38,000 bases of DNA from Macrostomum lignano (Eukaryota). Positions 22,445 to 33,153 of this stretch are shown here, in pieces (position 1 is the stretch's first letter; each line of letters starts with the position of its first letter). Below the pieces are notes generated by a model, which ran no database searches, had not been told where the DNA came from, and saw only the letters and a program-made list of their open reading frames with translations. The stretch is taken from NCBI GenBank assembly GCA_002269645.1, contig NIVC01003428.1, positions 1-38,000 of the forward strand, written 5' to 3'. The position numbers were made by a program, and so were the translations under genes.

Positions 22445-22925
22445 CTCTCATGACGAATCTCTTGATTGATTAGAGATGAATCTCATGATGGATTAGAGAC
22501 GAATCTCATGGTGGATTAGAGACGAATCTCATGATGGATTAGAGACGAATCTCATGGTGGATTAGAGACGAATCTCATGATGGAAAAAGAGACGAATCTC
22601 ATTATGGATTAGAGACGTACGAATGAATGAATCTCTTGATGGATTAGAGACGAATCCCATGGTGGATTAGAGACGAATCTCATGGTGGATTAGAGACGAA
22701 TCTCATGGTGGATTAGAGACGAATCTCATGGTGGATTAGAGACGAATCTCATGGTGGATTAGAGACGAATCTCATGGTGGATTAGAGACGAATCCCATGG
22801 TGGATTAGAGACGAATCTCATGGTGGATTAGAGACGAATCCCATGGTGGATTAGAGACGAATCTCATGGTGGATTAGAGACGAATCTCATGATGGATTAG
22901 AGACGAATCTGACGGTGTATTAGAG
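22445..22925. repeat. Minisatellite, 23-bp unit, ~20 copies
   Basis: Unit GATTAGAGACGAATCTCATG(G/A)TG. Confidence 0.95.
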
Positions 22926-23311
22926 AGGAATCCAAGGGAAAATTAGGTACAAATATGGAAATTTAAAGACAATTATAATGCTAATTTCGAATCGAAAAGA
23001 TACCAGAAACAGCAGCTAGACAGATAGTTAAACCACAACAGCACCACACACAGGCAGGTGACTATGACATGAAGTAGGCATGGCAACCGGCAGGCTACAA
23101 AAACTTACCTGGACAATCAATAGATTATAATGAATTTATGATCCAAATGTATTATTATGATTTTAAACACAAACAAAGTTTAAGCATAAGACTTAAACGC
23201 AATGAATGCTAAAATGTTTATAACTATATCCCTATCTCCATCAGCTAAACGCCGTCAAAAAGTACAAACAGTACTCTCGAAAAAAATAAAGGCAGTCTTG
23301 GCCAGCAGTCT

Positions 23312-26300
23312 TCAAGGCGTAAGCCGCTTCGGGTCGCGTGGAAACAAGGAAGTCTTGCGGATGTTGTCCAACCCGAGAAACAACATGGTGACCCGCTCCA
23401 GACCTGCGGCAATTCGTGAGGGGTACAAGTACACGCACTAGTCATGTTGAGTAATAATTAGTCAGCTCAATGACCCCCTCAATAATTACAGGAGATGGCA
23501 ATGACCCCCACCCCCATAATTACAGTGGAGGGCAATGACCCTACCCTCTCGAATTATAACGGAAAGCTTTGACCACCGCCACCCATCCACCCTCATAAAT
23601 ATCCGCCCCTTCGGCATCCACCCTCATAAATATCCGCACCTTCGGCATCGGCCCTCATAAATATCCGCCCCTTCGGCATCCGCCTTCATAAATATCCGCC
23701 CCCATCGGCACCCGCCCTCATAAATATCCGCCCCATTGGAATCCGCCCTCATAAATATCCGCCCCCATAAGTATCCGCTCTCATAAATATCCGCCCCCAA
23801 TGGAATCCGCCTTCATAAATATCCGCCACATCGGCATTCGCCCTCATAAATATCCGCCCCATCGATCCTCCCCTTAGTCTCCGCCCCCAAGCAGCCCCCC
23901 TAAAACACACGGAGCCCTCACCAATGCCTCCGCCAGCATGGGGCGGGCAGCCGTACTTGAAGCAATCAACATAGGACTGCATCTTAGCCGTATCGATGCC
24001 AAAACCCTGGGCCCGTTCAACCAACAAGGCCGGGTCGTGAATGCGCTGGGCGCCGCTCAAGATCTCTTCGCCTCGCATAAAAAAATCGTAGCTATTCGAA
24101 TAGCCGGGCCTGGCCGGGTCGGGCATCGTGTAGAACGGCCGAGCAGCCAACGGGAACTTATCGAGTATATAAAAGTCCGTCTTGTACTTTGCTTTAACCA
24201 GACGGCCAAGCAGTTTCTCGTTAGGCGTTGACAGATCGTCAAAGTCGCCCTGTTCGGCTCCGGCCTCTCTTAGCATCCTGACGGCTTCGGGAAACTCTAG
24301 ACGAAGAGTTGGTTCGAGAAACTCGAACGGCTCAGCCGGGTACTGCTTGCACACGGTGGAGATTAGATCGGCGCAGCTCGCCTGCAGGCCTTTGAATATG
24401 GCCACAAATAGTCGGCTGAGAGTGTCCAGCACCTCGTGGTAATGACTAAGGAACGCCATCTCCAAGTCTAGGCCAATAAATTCGGTCAAGTGCCGATGCG
24501 TGTTCGAGTCCTCCGCCCGGAATACGCTGCCGATGGTGAACACTCGATCGAAATCCCCCGCTATGGCCATCTGCTTGTAGAGCTGGGGAGACTGGGCCAA
24601 GTAGGCCTTGGACTTGAAGTACGTCACCTCGAATACGTTGGCGCCGCCCTCTGATGCAGCGCTGATGATCTTCGGCGTGTGGATCTCCACGAAGCTTTCA
24701 GCTGCGGGGATTGCAGATTTGATGAGGGACTCTGATTGGGGATTCTGATTGGGGATTCTGATTGGGGATTCTTATTGGGGATTCTGATTGGGGATTCTGA
24801 TTGGGGATTCTTGTTGGGGATTCTGATTGGGGATTCTGATTGGGGATTTCTAATTGGGGATTTCTAGTTGGGGATTCTGATTGGGGATTTCTAATTGGGG
24901 ATTTCTAATTGGGGATTTCTAGTTGGGGATTCTGATTGGGGATTCTGATTTAGGATTCTAATTCGGGATTCTGATTTGGGATTTCTAGTTGGAGTTTCTG
25001 ATTGGGGATTTTGGTTGGTGATTCTGGTTGGGGATTCTGATAGGGGAATTCCGGTTGGGGATTCTGATCGGGGATTCTGGTTGGGGATTCTGATTGGGGA
25101 TTCTGATAGGGGAATTCCGGTTGGGGATTCTGATCGGGGATTCTGGTTGGGGATTCTGATCGGGGATTCTGGTTGGGGATTCTGATAGGGGATTCTGGTT
25201 GGGGATTCTGATTGGGGATTCTGATAGGGGATTCTGATAGGGAAATTCCGGTTGGGGATTCTGATCGGGGATTCTGATTTAGGATTCAAATTCGGGATTC
25301 TGATTTGGGATTTCTAGTTGGAGATTCTGATTGGGGATTTTGGTTGGTGATTCTGGTTGGGGATTCTGGTTGGGGATTCTGATTGGGGAATTCCGGTTGG
25401 GGATTCTGATCGGGGATTCTGGTTGGGGATTCTGATTGGGGATCCTGGTTAGGGATTCTGATCGGGGATTCTGGTTGGGGATTCTGATTGGGGGTTCTGG
25501 TTGGGGATTCTGATTGGGGGTTCTGGTTGGGGATTCTGATTGGGGGTTCTGGTTGGGGATTCTGATTGGGGATTCTAATTGGAGATTGGATGAATTCAGG
25601 TTATGGATACTACGAGCTACTTTATTACATGCACCTATTATACTACTGCTAGCTAAGGGTAGTTAATCAGTAGGCCAGCAAGAACTCACCAGCCAGAGTG
25701 TCTCTGAAGAGTCGGCAAACTTCAGCCTCTAATCGGAATACGGCTTGGTTGGTTGGAGTACGCAGATCGATGACCCGATTATCGAGTTTAATCTCCTGAC
25801 CGGCTGTGGCTAGAGAGGCTTGCTGTTGATCTGGGCGCATGGCGTCTTCAACTTGCAGTGGCAGGCGGGGCTCCGCAGCCGACACGCACCAGATCTCAGT
25901 GGTATGCAGCTCCACCTGATTTCGATTCGGAGATTTACTGTCATGTATATCTAATCTGCCTAGTCTATCTGACCCCCTAGTCTATTCGACGGATCTAAAT
26001 CTAAGTCTATCTACCAGATTTTAAATCTAAGTCTATCTGCCAGATTCTAAATTTAAGTCTATCTGCCAGATCTAAATCTACTCAGATCTACTCTATCTGC
26101 CAGATCTACATCTACCCAGATCTACTCTATCTGCCAGATTTAAATCTACCCAGATCCAGTCTATCTGTCAGATATAAATCTATTAATCGCTAATCTGCAA
26201 CAGAGCGAGCTGATGCCAATAATTTCTCACCTCCTGCTGCGAGCACGCGGCCACAGGTGAATCCACTTTACGCAGCACGCCAGCCACATCAACAATGGAC

Positions 26301-27916
26301 TCTTTACTAACTGACGCGGCAAACTTCATCATCTGACGGGACACAGCCGAGCCAACAGACAGCACACACTGCACAGAGTAGTGCTGATGCCGAATAACAA
26401 AGAAACCAGTTTTGCCTTTGAACCGAGACGTGTGCAGGCGGCCTCGAATCCACACGGATTTCCCATCCAAGCTGGACTCCAACAGTTTGATAGGCGAGTA
26501 GGATTTGCTCAGAAAGTTCTCCGATCGGTTTAACGGCATATTGCCGTACAAACCCTGCGACACGTCGGCCTCGGACGATTCCGACGCGTCGGCAGCGGCA
26601 TCGCCAGCGGAATTCTCCGTGGATGGGGCGCCTGCGGCTGCTTTATGGGCGGCTTTTTTCTCCTTTTTGGCCGCCTTTTTAGCCGCTTTCTCTGCCGCTT
26701 TCTTGGCGGCCTTGTCGCTTTTATTCAATTGAAAGGTGGGGGGGGGGTTTCCTGTAGGAAGCCAGCCAAGTCGGCAAACGGGAGCTGCTGGGATGCTGAG
26801 ACTCAATGGGGAGTTGCTGAGATGCATACTCATATCTTGACACACCTATCAACATCTCTAATCTACCCATATCTAGCCTATCAATATCTCTAATCTACCC
26901 ATATCTAGTCTCCCCATCGATATCTATAATCTACTCATATCTTGACTCACCTATCAACATCTCTAATCTACCCATATCTAGCCTATCAATATCTCTAATC
27001 TACCCATATCTAGCCTATCAATATCTCTAATCTACCCATATCTAGTCTACCCATCGATATCTCTAATCTACTCATATCTAGTCTCTCCTATCAATATCTC
27101 TAATCTACCCATTTCTAGTCTCTCCTATCGATATCTCTAATCTGTCTATATCTAGTCTCTCCTATCAATATCTCTAATCTACCTATTTCTAGTCTCTCCT
27201 ATCGATATCTCTAATCTGTCTATATCTAGTCTCTCCTATCAAAATCTCTCATCTACCCATATCTAGTCTCCCCATCGATATCTATAATCTACTCATATCT
27301 AGTCTCTCCATCAATATCTCTAATCTACCCATATCTAGTCTCTCCTATCAATATCTCTAATCTACCCATATATAGTCTATCACATCGATATCTCTAATCT
27401 ACCCATATCTAGTCTCTCCTATCAATATCTCTAATCTACCCATATCTAGTCTATCACATCGATACCTCTAATCTACCCATATTTAGTCTCCCCATCGATA
27501 TCTATAATCTACTCATATCTAGTCTCTCCTATCGATATCTCTAATCTGTCTATATCTAGTCTCTCCTATCAATATCTCTAATCTACCCATATCTAGTATC
27601 TCCTATCAATATCTCTAATCTCTCTAATCTAGTCTATCACATCGATATCTCTAATCTACCCATATTTTGTCTCCCCATCGATATCTCTAATCTACCCATA
27701 TCTAGTCTCCCCATCGATACCTATAATCTGGACGAGGATGTGAACCCAGCAGAGCAGCTGATCAAAATGCGACTCATATCTAGTCTCTCCTATCGATATC
27801 TCTAATCTACTCATATTTAGTCTCCCCATCGTATAATCTACCCATATCTAGTCTCACCAACTAACTGCTTACCTATTGTCAGCGGCAGGTACTTCCACAG
27901 CTACGGGTTCCGACAT
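23312..27916 (-). CDS. DARS1: Cytoplasmic aspartyl-tRNA synthetase, complete, 5 exons, 542 aa
   Basis: Exons 27916-27873, 26717-26231, 25915-25690, 24701-23922 and 23403-23312 total 1629 nt with consistent phases (2, 0, 1, 1). Motifs: [96 protein letters not shown]. Confidence 0.97.
23590..23860. repeat. Minisatellite in DARS1 intron 4, ~31-bp unit
   Basis: Unit CTCATAAATATCCGCCCC...GG(C/A)ATCCGCC. Confidence 0.9.
24730..25585. repeat. Minisatellite in DARS1 intron 3, 13-bp unit
   Basis: Unit G(A/G)TTGGGGATTCT, with block duplications (24940-25030 resembles 25270-25360). Confidence 0.95.
25950..26180. repeat. Degenerate repeat in DARS1 intron 2
   Basis: Recurrent TCTATCT(G/A)CCAGA...TAAATCTA. 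Confidence 0.8.
26835..27855. repeat. Minisatellite in DARS1 intron 1, 32-37-bp unit
   Basis: Unit TCTAATCTACCCATATCTAGTCTCTCCTATCAATATC and variants. Confidence 0.95.
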
Positions 27917-28179
27917 TAGTTTCTGTTTATGTTGGCAATTCGGCTCAAGTTAAAACTGACTGCACTTCAGTACACTTGAAAGTTTGCAGCGCAGCATAAA
28001 TATAAAAATGAAAAGGTAAAAAAGTTCAAATGATTTAACAAAAAATACAACTTTTCCTATACTTTTTGTTTAAAATGAATACTGCTGATTAAACTCGCGG
28101 AGGGGGGGGGCATTGCAGACAAATAAAAGTAAAGATTTGGTTGCTTTTAATTTTGATGAATCTTATCTTCTCGATAGCT

Positions 28180-28335
28180 GGTTCTCATGTCTCACTCATT
28201 CACAGTCCCTGGTTCTCATGTCTCAGTCATTCACTGTCCGTAGTTTTTATTTATCACTCATTCAATGTCCCTAGCTCTCATGTCTCACTCATTCACTGCC
28301 CCTAGTTCTCATATCACTTGCATTCACTGTCTCTT
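28180..28335. repeat. Degenerate ~33-bp tandem repeat, intergenic
   Basis: About 5 copies of GTTCTCATGTCTCACTCATTCAC(T/A)GTCCC. Confidence 0.75.
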
Positions 28336-29237
28336 ATTTACTCTTTCTGATGTGCTCAGCATCAAACGAGATTATATGGTATACAAAATTGAGGAAAAAC
28401 CACACCCCACGGTTTCTACTTATCCAGCAAGTAGTATATAAAAATAAAGAATTAGCTAAGGCTTCTTAACACCGCGCAAAAAAATTGAAATTACAAATGA
28501 ACAATTAGGTAAGAAATATGAAAATAAATAAACTGACGGCAACTCCAAACAGAATAAAAGTAGTAACCTCCTCTAACTATTAATACGAAGACTAACTTTT
28601 TTAAAGAAGTAACGCAAACTCAAAATAAGTATTAATTTTTTACTCCGAGTATCTGCGTAAGCTTTTTATATATTTATATACACGGTGCATTACTGTACGT
28701 AAATTATATAATAGAAATATAAATACCACAAAAAATTAAGAATCAGTCAAAACTTGATTCAAGCAGTTTTAACAAGAGTTATTATTTTTTTGCCAAACCC
28801 TATGCGAGTCAATAAAAAATATGCAAATTATATTACAATAAATTTTTTGAAATTTGCTACATCAGCTGTTTAAATTAATTTTATCCAATTTATGGATAGG
28901 CACTATGATGGGAGATTCACCTATGCACTTTAGTGAGTGAGTTTATATGTACTTATATACCTTCTTATGTACTTTAACGGTTTTTTTGTGTACTTTTATG
29001 AGTGCTTTGATTATTTTACCTTTATAGGGGCTACTATGATGTACTTTTATGCGTGCTTTTCTATGCACTTTAGTGAGATTTTTTCGATGCACTTTAAGGA
29101 GCGATTGTATTTTTTATTATTTTCATGGAAGCTTTCCTAACATGTATAATTCTTAGAAAGGCTTCAAATAAAGTACGACTACTTTAAAGACAATTCACAA
29201 TGTTTTTAGCAGAAGCCTGACGAAAAAAAGTAAAAAA

Positions 29238-31293
29238 TTAACAGTCACCAGAAGACTGAGACGAAGTCTGCAACATTGCTTTCAACTTGGCATTCTCAAT
29301 TTCAAGCAGTTCCACTTGCCGCTGCATATCTTGCACTTTAGTTAACAGCTGACTTGATTCTTCAGCTAAATGTACGTTTTGTATCTGCAATTTGCCGAAA
29401 TAATCCACCGCCTTGTTTAATACGGCACTTTTTGGCAGGCAGAGCCAAGGCGCTTGCTGCTGATCAAGCTGTTGTTGCTGATGCTGCTGCTGTAACTGAA
29501 GCTCCTGGTCTTGCTCTGAGTCCATTGTTAGAGCCTGCTGGCTGTCCGGAGAAGCCGAGGTTGCAGCGGCGGCTGCTGCTGCGTGGCCGCTCCATTCCTG
29601 AGCTGGCATCATCTCGGCCAGCTGGTTGATCAGCGTGTTGATCTTGTCACGGCGCCGCCGCTCCACCTGTGACACAGCGGCGATTTTAAGGCCATTCTTA
29701 GAAAGGCGAATCCTATAGGGATGATTCTTAGAAAGGCGAATCCCACAGGGATGATTCTTAGAAAGGCGAATCCTACAGGGATGGTTCTTAGAAAGGCGAA
29801 TCCTACAGAGATGGTTCTGAGAAAGGCGAATCCTACGGGGGAATTTCTGAGAAAGGCGATTCCTACGGGGAATTTCTGAGAAAGGCGAATCCTACGGGGG
29901 AATTTCTGAAGAGGCGAATGCTACAGGGATAATTCTTAGAAAGGCGAGTCCTACAGGTGCGATTCTTAGAAAAGTAAACCCTACAGGTGCGATTCTTTGA
30001 AAAGCGAATCCTACAGAGACGATTCTTAGAAAGGCGAATCCTATAGGGATGATTCTTAGAAAGGCGAATCCTACAGGGATGGTTCTTAGAAAGGCGAATC
30101 CTACAGAGATGGTTCTGAGAAAGGCGAATCCTACGGGGGAATTTCTGAGAAAGGCGAATCCTACGGGGGAATTTCTGAGATAGGCGAATCCTACGGGGGA
30201 ATTTCTGAGAAAGGCGAATCCTACCGCGGAATTTCTGAGAAAGGCGAATCCTACGGGGGAATTTCTGAGAAAGGCGAATCCTACGGGGGAATTTCTGAAG
30301 AGGCGAATGCTACAGGGATAATTCTTAGAAAGGCGAGTCCTACAGGTGCGATTCTTAGAAAGGTAAACCCTACAGGTGCGATTCTTTGAAAAGCGAATCC
30401 TACAGAGACGATTCTTAGAAAAGCGAATCCTGCAGAGACGATTCTTAGAAAGGCGAATCCTACACAGCTGATTCTTAGAAAGACGAGTCCTACAGAGGGG
30501 ATTTTCAGAAAAGCGAATCCTACAGGGGTGATTCTTAGAAAAGGCTAATCTTACACTGGGCGACCCTTAGAAAGGCGAATCCTACAGGGTGATCATTTTA
30601 ATGCGAGATTAGAAGACAAATATTACAGGACAATAAAAAATGCAATTCTCGCGAGAATTGACCTTCAGGCTACATCAGTTACAGGGATTAAAGGGCCAAA
30701 TGTTGATCAAAAAGGTTGCATTTAATTTTTACCTCATTATGACTTGATTTTCTACGCTTCTCCCGATCGCAGCAAGCCGACAGCTGTCCATTAGCTGCAC
30801 TGCCGTTGACATTTCCAACAACAGAAGCAATGACTGGTCCGCCGCCGCCACCGCTGCTGCTGCTATTGCTATTGCTGTTGCTGCCAACAAGTCGATCTGA
30901 ATCCAACAGAAAGTTCTGCTGCTGTTGAGAGTGAGACGGTCTGCCACTGCCGCCACTATAAGGTCGAGGTCGTTTAACAGCATGCTGTTGATGATGATTG
31001 GCATCTATGGAATTCAGAGCGGCATTAGATTGCAATTGATAAGCGGCAATGTGTGAAGTAGTGGCTACAGAGGCAGTGGCAGCGGCAGAGCCAGCAGTAG
31101 TAGTAACGGAGCTGCTGGGCGTCACCATTATATAGATGTCACCGTTTGTGCCTTGCACCAACTGGCCAGTTGTTATGCTGGCAAGACTGCCTGCTGGGCC
31201 AATAGGCTGCGGCTGCTGCTGTTGCTGACCAGCTGATGATGAAGCTTCCAATGCGGCTCTCCAGCTTCCATTGGTGCCAATTCCGGGCCGCAT
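29238..31293 (-). CDS. USF: USF-like bHLH-leucine zipper transcription factor (start codon uncertain)
   Basis: Exons 31293-30733 and 29666-29238 join in phase 0 to give EKRRKSSHNE|VERRRRDKINTLINQLAEMMP...KSAVLNKAVDY...LEIENAKLKAML. This matches the USF signature HNEVERRRRDKIN plus a zipper. A strong acceptor lies at 31392 and a 31-nt upstream exon at 32841-32811. Confidence 0.85.
29693..30590. repeat. Minisatellite in the USF intron, 30-bp unit, ~30 copies
   Basis: Unit TTCT(T/G)AGAAAGGCGAATCCTACAGGG(A/G)(T/A)(G/A)A. Confidence 0.95.
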
Positions 31294-31439
31294 AGCGATG
31301 CAGTTATCAGAAATTTGAAGAATATTTCAGAAGGTTGACATTTTACCGAAATATAGAAAATATAAAACGGCTGAACCTGGTTCTGAAGCATCTGAAAAAC
31401 TGAAACTAAAAAAACTAAGTTGCTGGGATGGGCCTAATG

Positions 31440-31985
31440 GGAAAGTGAGATAAGAGCTTATAGAATATGGGAAGGTGAGATTGGAGCTTACAGATTATGG
31501 GAAGGTGAGATTGGAGCTTACAGATTATGGGAAGGTGAGATTGGAGCTTACAGATTATGGGAAGGTGAGATTGGAGCTTACAGAATATGGGAAAGTGAGA
31601 TGGGAGCTTACAGATTATGGGAACGTGAGATGGGAGCTTACAGAATATGGGAAAGTGAGATTGGAGCTTACAGAATATGGGAAGGTGAGATTGGAGCTTA
31701 CAGAATATGGCAAAGTGAGATTGGAGCTTACAGAATATGGCAAAGTGAGATTGGAGCTTACAGAATATGGGAAACTGAGATGGGAGCTTACAGAATATGG
31801 GAAAGTGAGATTGGAGCTTACAGGATTTGGGAAAGTGAGATTGGAGCTTACAGGATATGGGAAAGTGAGATTGGAGCTTACAGGATATGGCAAACTGAGA
31901 TTGGAGCTTACAGAATATGGGAAACTGAGATTGGAGCTTACAGGATATGGGAAAGTGAGATCGGAGCTTACAGAATATGGGAGTC
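31440..31985. repeat. Minisatellite, 30-bp unit, ~18 copies
   Basis: Unit GGGAA(A/G)GTGAGATTGGAGCTTACAGAATAT. Confidence 0.95.
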
Positions 31986-31999
31986 TGAAAAAGTGATTG

Positions 32000-32490
32000 G
32001 GGTGTGATAAAGGAGAGTGGGAAAGTGATTATGGGCGTGGTAAAGGAGAGTGGGAAAGTGATTATGGGTGTGGTAGACTGTGGGAAAGTGATTATGGGTG
32101 TGGTAGACTGTGGGAAAGTGATTATGGGTGTGGTAGACTGTGGGAAAGTGATTATGGGTGTGGTAAAGGAGTGTGGGAAAGTGATTATGGGTGTGGAAAG
32201 AGAGTGTGGGAAAGTGATTATGGGTGTGGTAAAGGAGTGTGGGAAAGTGATTATGGGTGTGGTAAAGGAGTGTGGGAAAGTGATTATGGGTGTGGAAAGA
32301 GAGTGTGGGAAAGTGATTATGGGTGTGGTAAAGGAGTGTGGGAAAGTGATTATGGGTGTGGTAAAGGAGCGTGGGAAAGTGATTATGGGTGTAGTAAAGG
32401 AGTGTGGGAAAGTGATTATGGGTGTGGTAAAGAAGTGTGGGAAAGTGATTAGGGGTGTGGTAAAGGAGTGTGGGAAATTTATTATAGGTG
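32000..32490. repeat. Minisatellite, 30/33-bp unit, ~15 copies
   Basis: Unit GGGAAAGTGATTATGGGTGTGGTAAAGGAGTGT. Confidence 0.95.
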
Positions 32491-32810
32491 TGGTAAAGCG
32501 ATTAGACTGCTATTTAAAAATGCTTAGTGCTGTTACAACCAGCAAGGAAGAAAAGATGAGTCATACTTTTTTATTAATATAGACGCATATCATGTTCTTA
32601 ATTATGCGAAACGCCCAAATTATTTTATTTAGATTAAGTTGTTTTTGTTTATTTGTTTTGTTTATTCTGAATAAAATTGTACTACAGGCAGACAGACAGC
32701 AAACTTTCGAGCAGAAAGAGCTATTGTTATTTTTTTCAAAGGCGCTATGATCATAGCGGATTAAATAATGTTATTTAGTTGCTATGTTGCTATGCAGGTA
32801 GTGTCCTTAC

Positions 32811-32841
32811 CTGTCCTTAACACCGCAGGTCTACAACTGCA
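32811..32841 (-). other. 31-nt exon, probably the 5'-UTR first exon of the USF-like gene
   Basis: Bounded on the - strand by the acceptor TCAACTCCTCCCATAG| and the donor CAG|GTAAG. Confidence 0.5.
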
Positions 32842-33134
32842 CTATGGGAGGAGTTGATAAATAGCGAAGAAAAAACATAAAAAACGGAGGAGGAACAGAG
32901 ATTTGAATTACAATATTAAAAAGCACAAAAAGATTAACAGACAAGGATAAGGATAACAGTTTTTGTGGTGCGGCCAACTTATTTGTATTAGATATTCACT
33001 AATATAATTGTATATTGGAACAACAGTTGACAGCCAAGTGAGGGAGGGACTTAGACGGCTAAAAATTGGTTGGGAAAAAAGAATATAAATTGTTTCTTAT
33101 TATTTTTACTATGATGATGATGATGATTATTATT

Positions 33135-33140
33135 TTTATT
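33135..33140 (-). terminator. Candidate polyadenylation signal of DNAJA
   Basis: AATAAA on the - strand, 14 nt after the stop codon. Confidence 0.5.
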
Positions 33141-33153
33141 TAACTCGCCGAGC

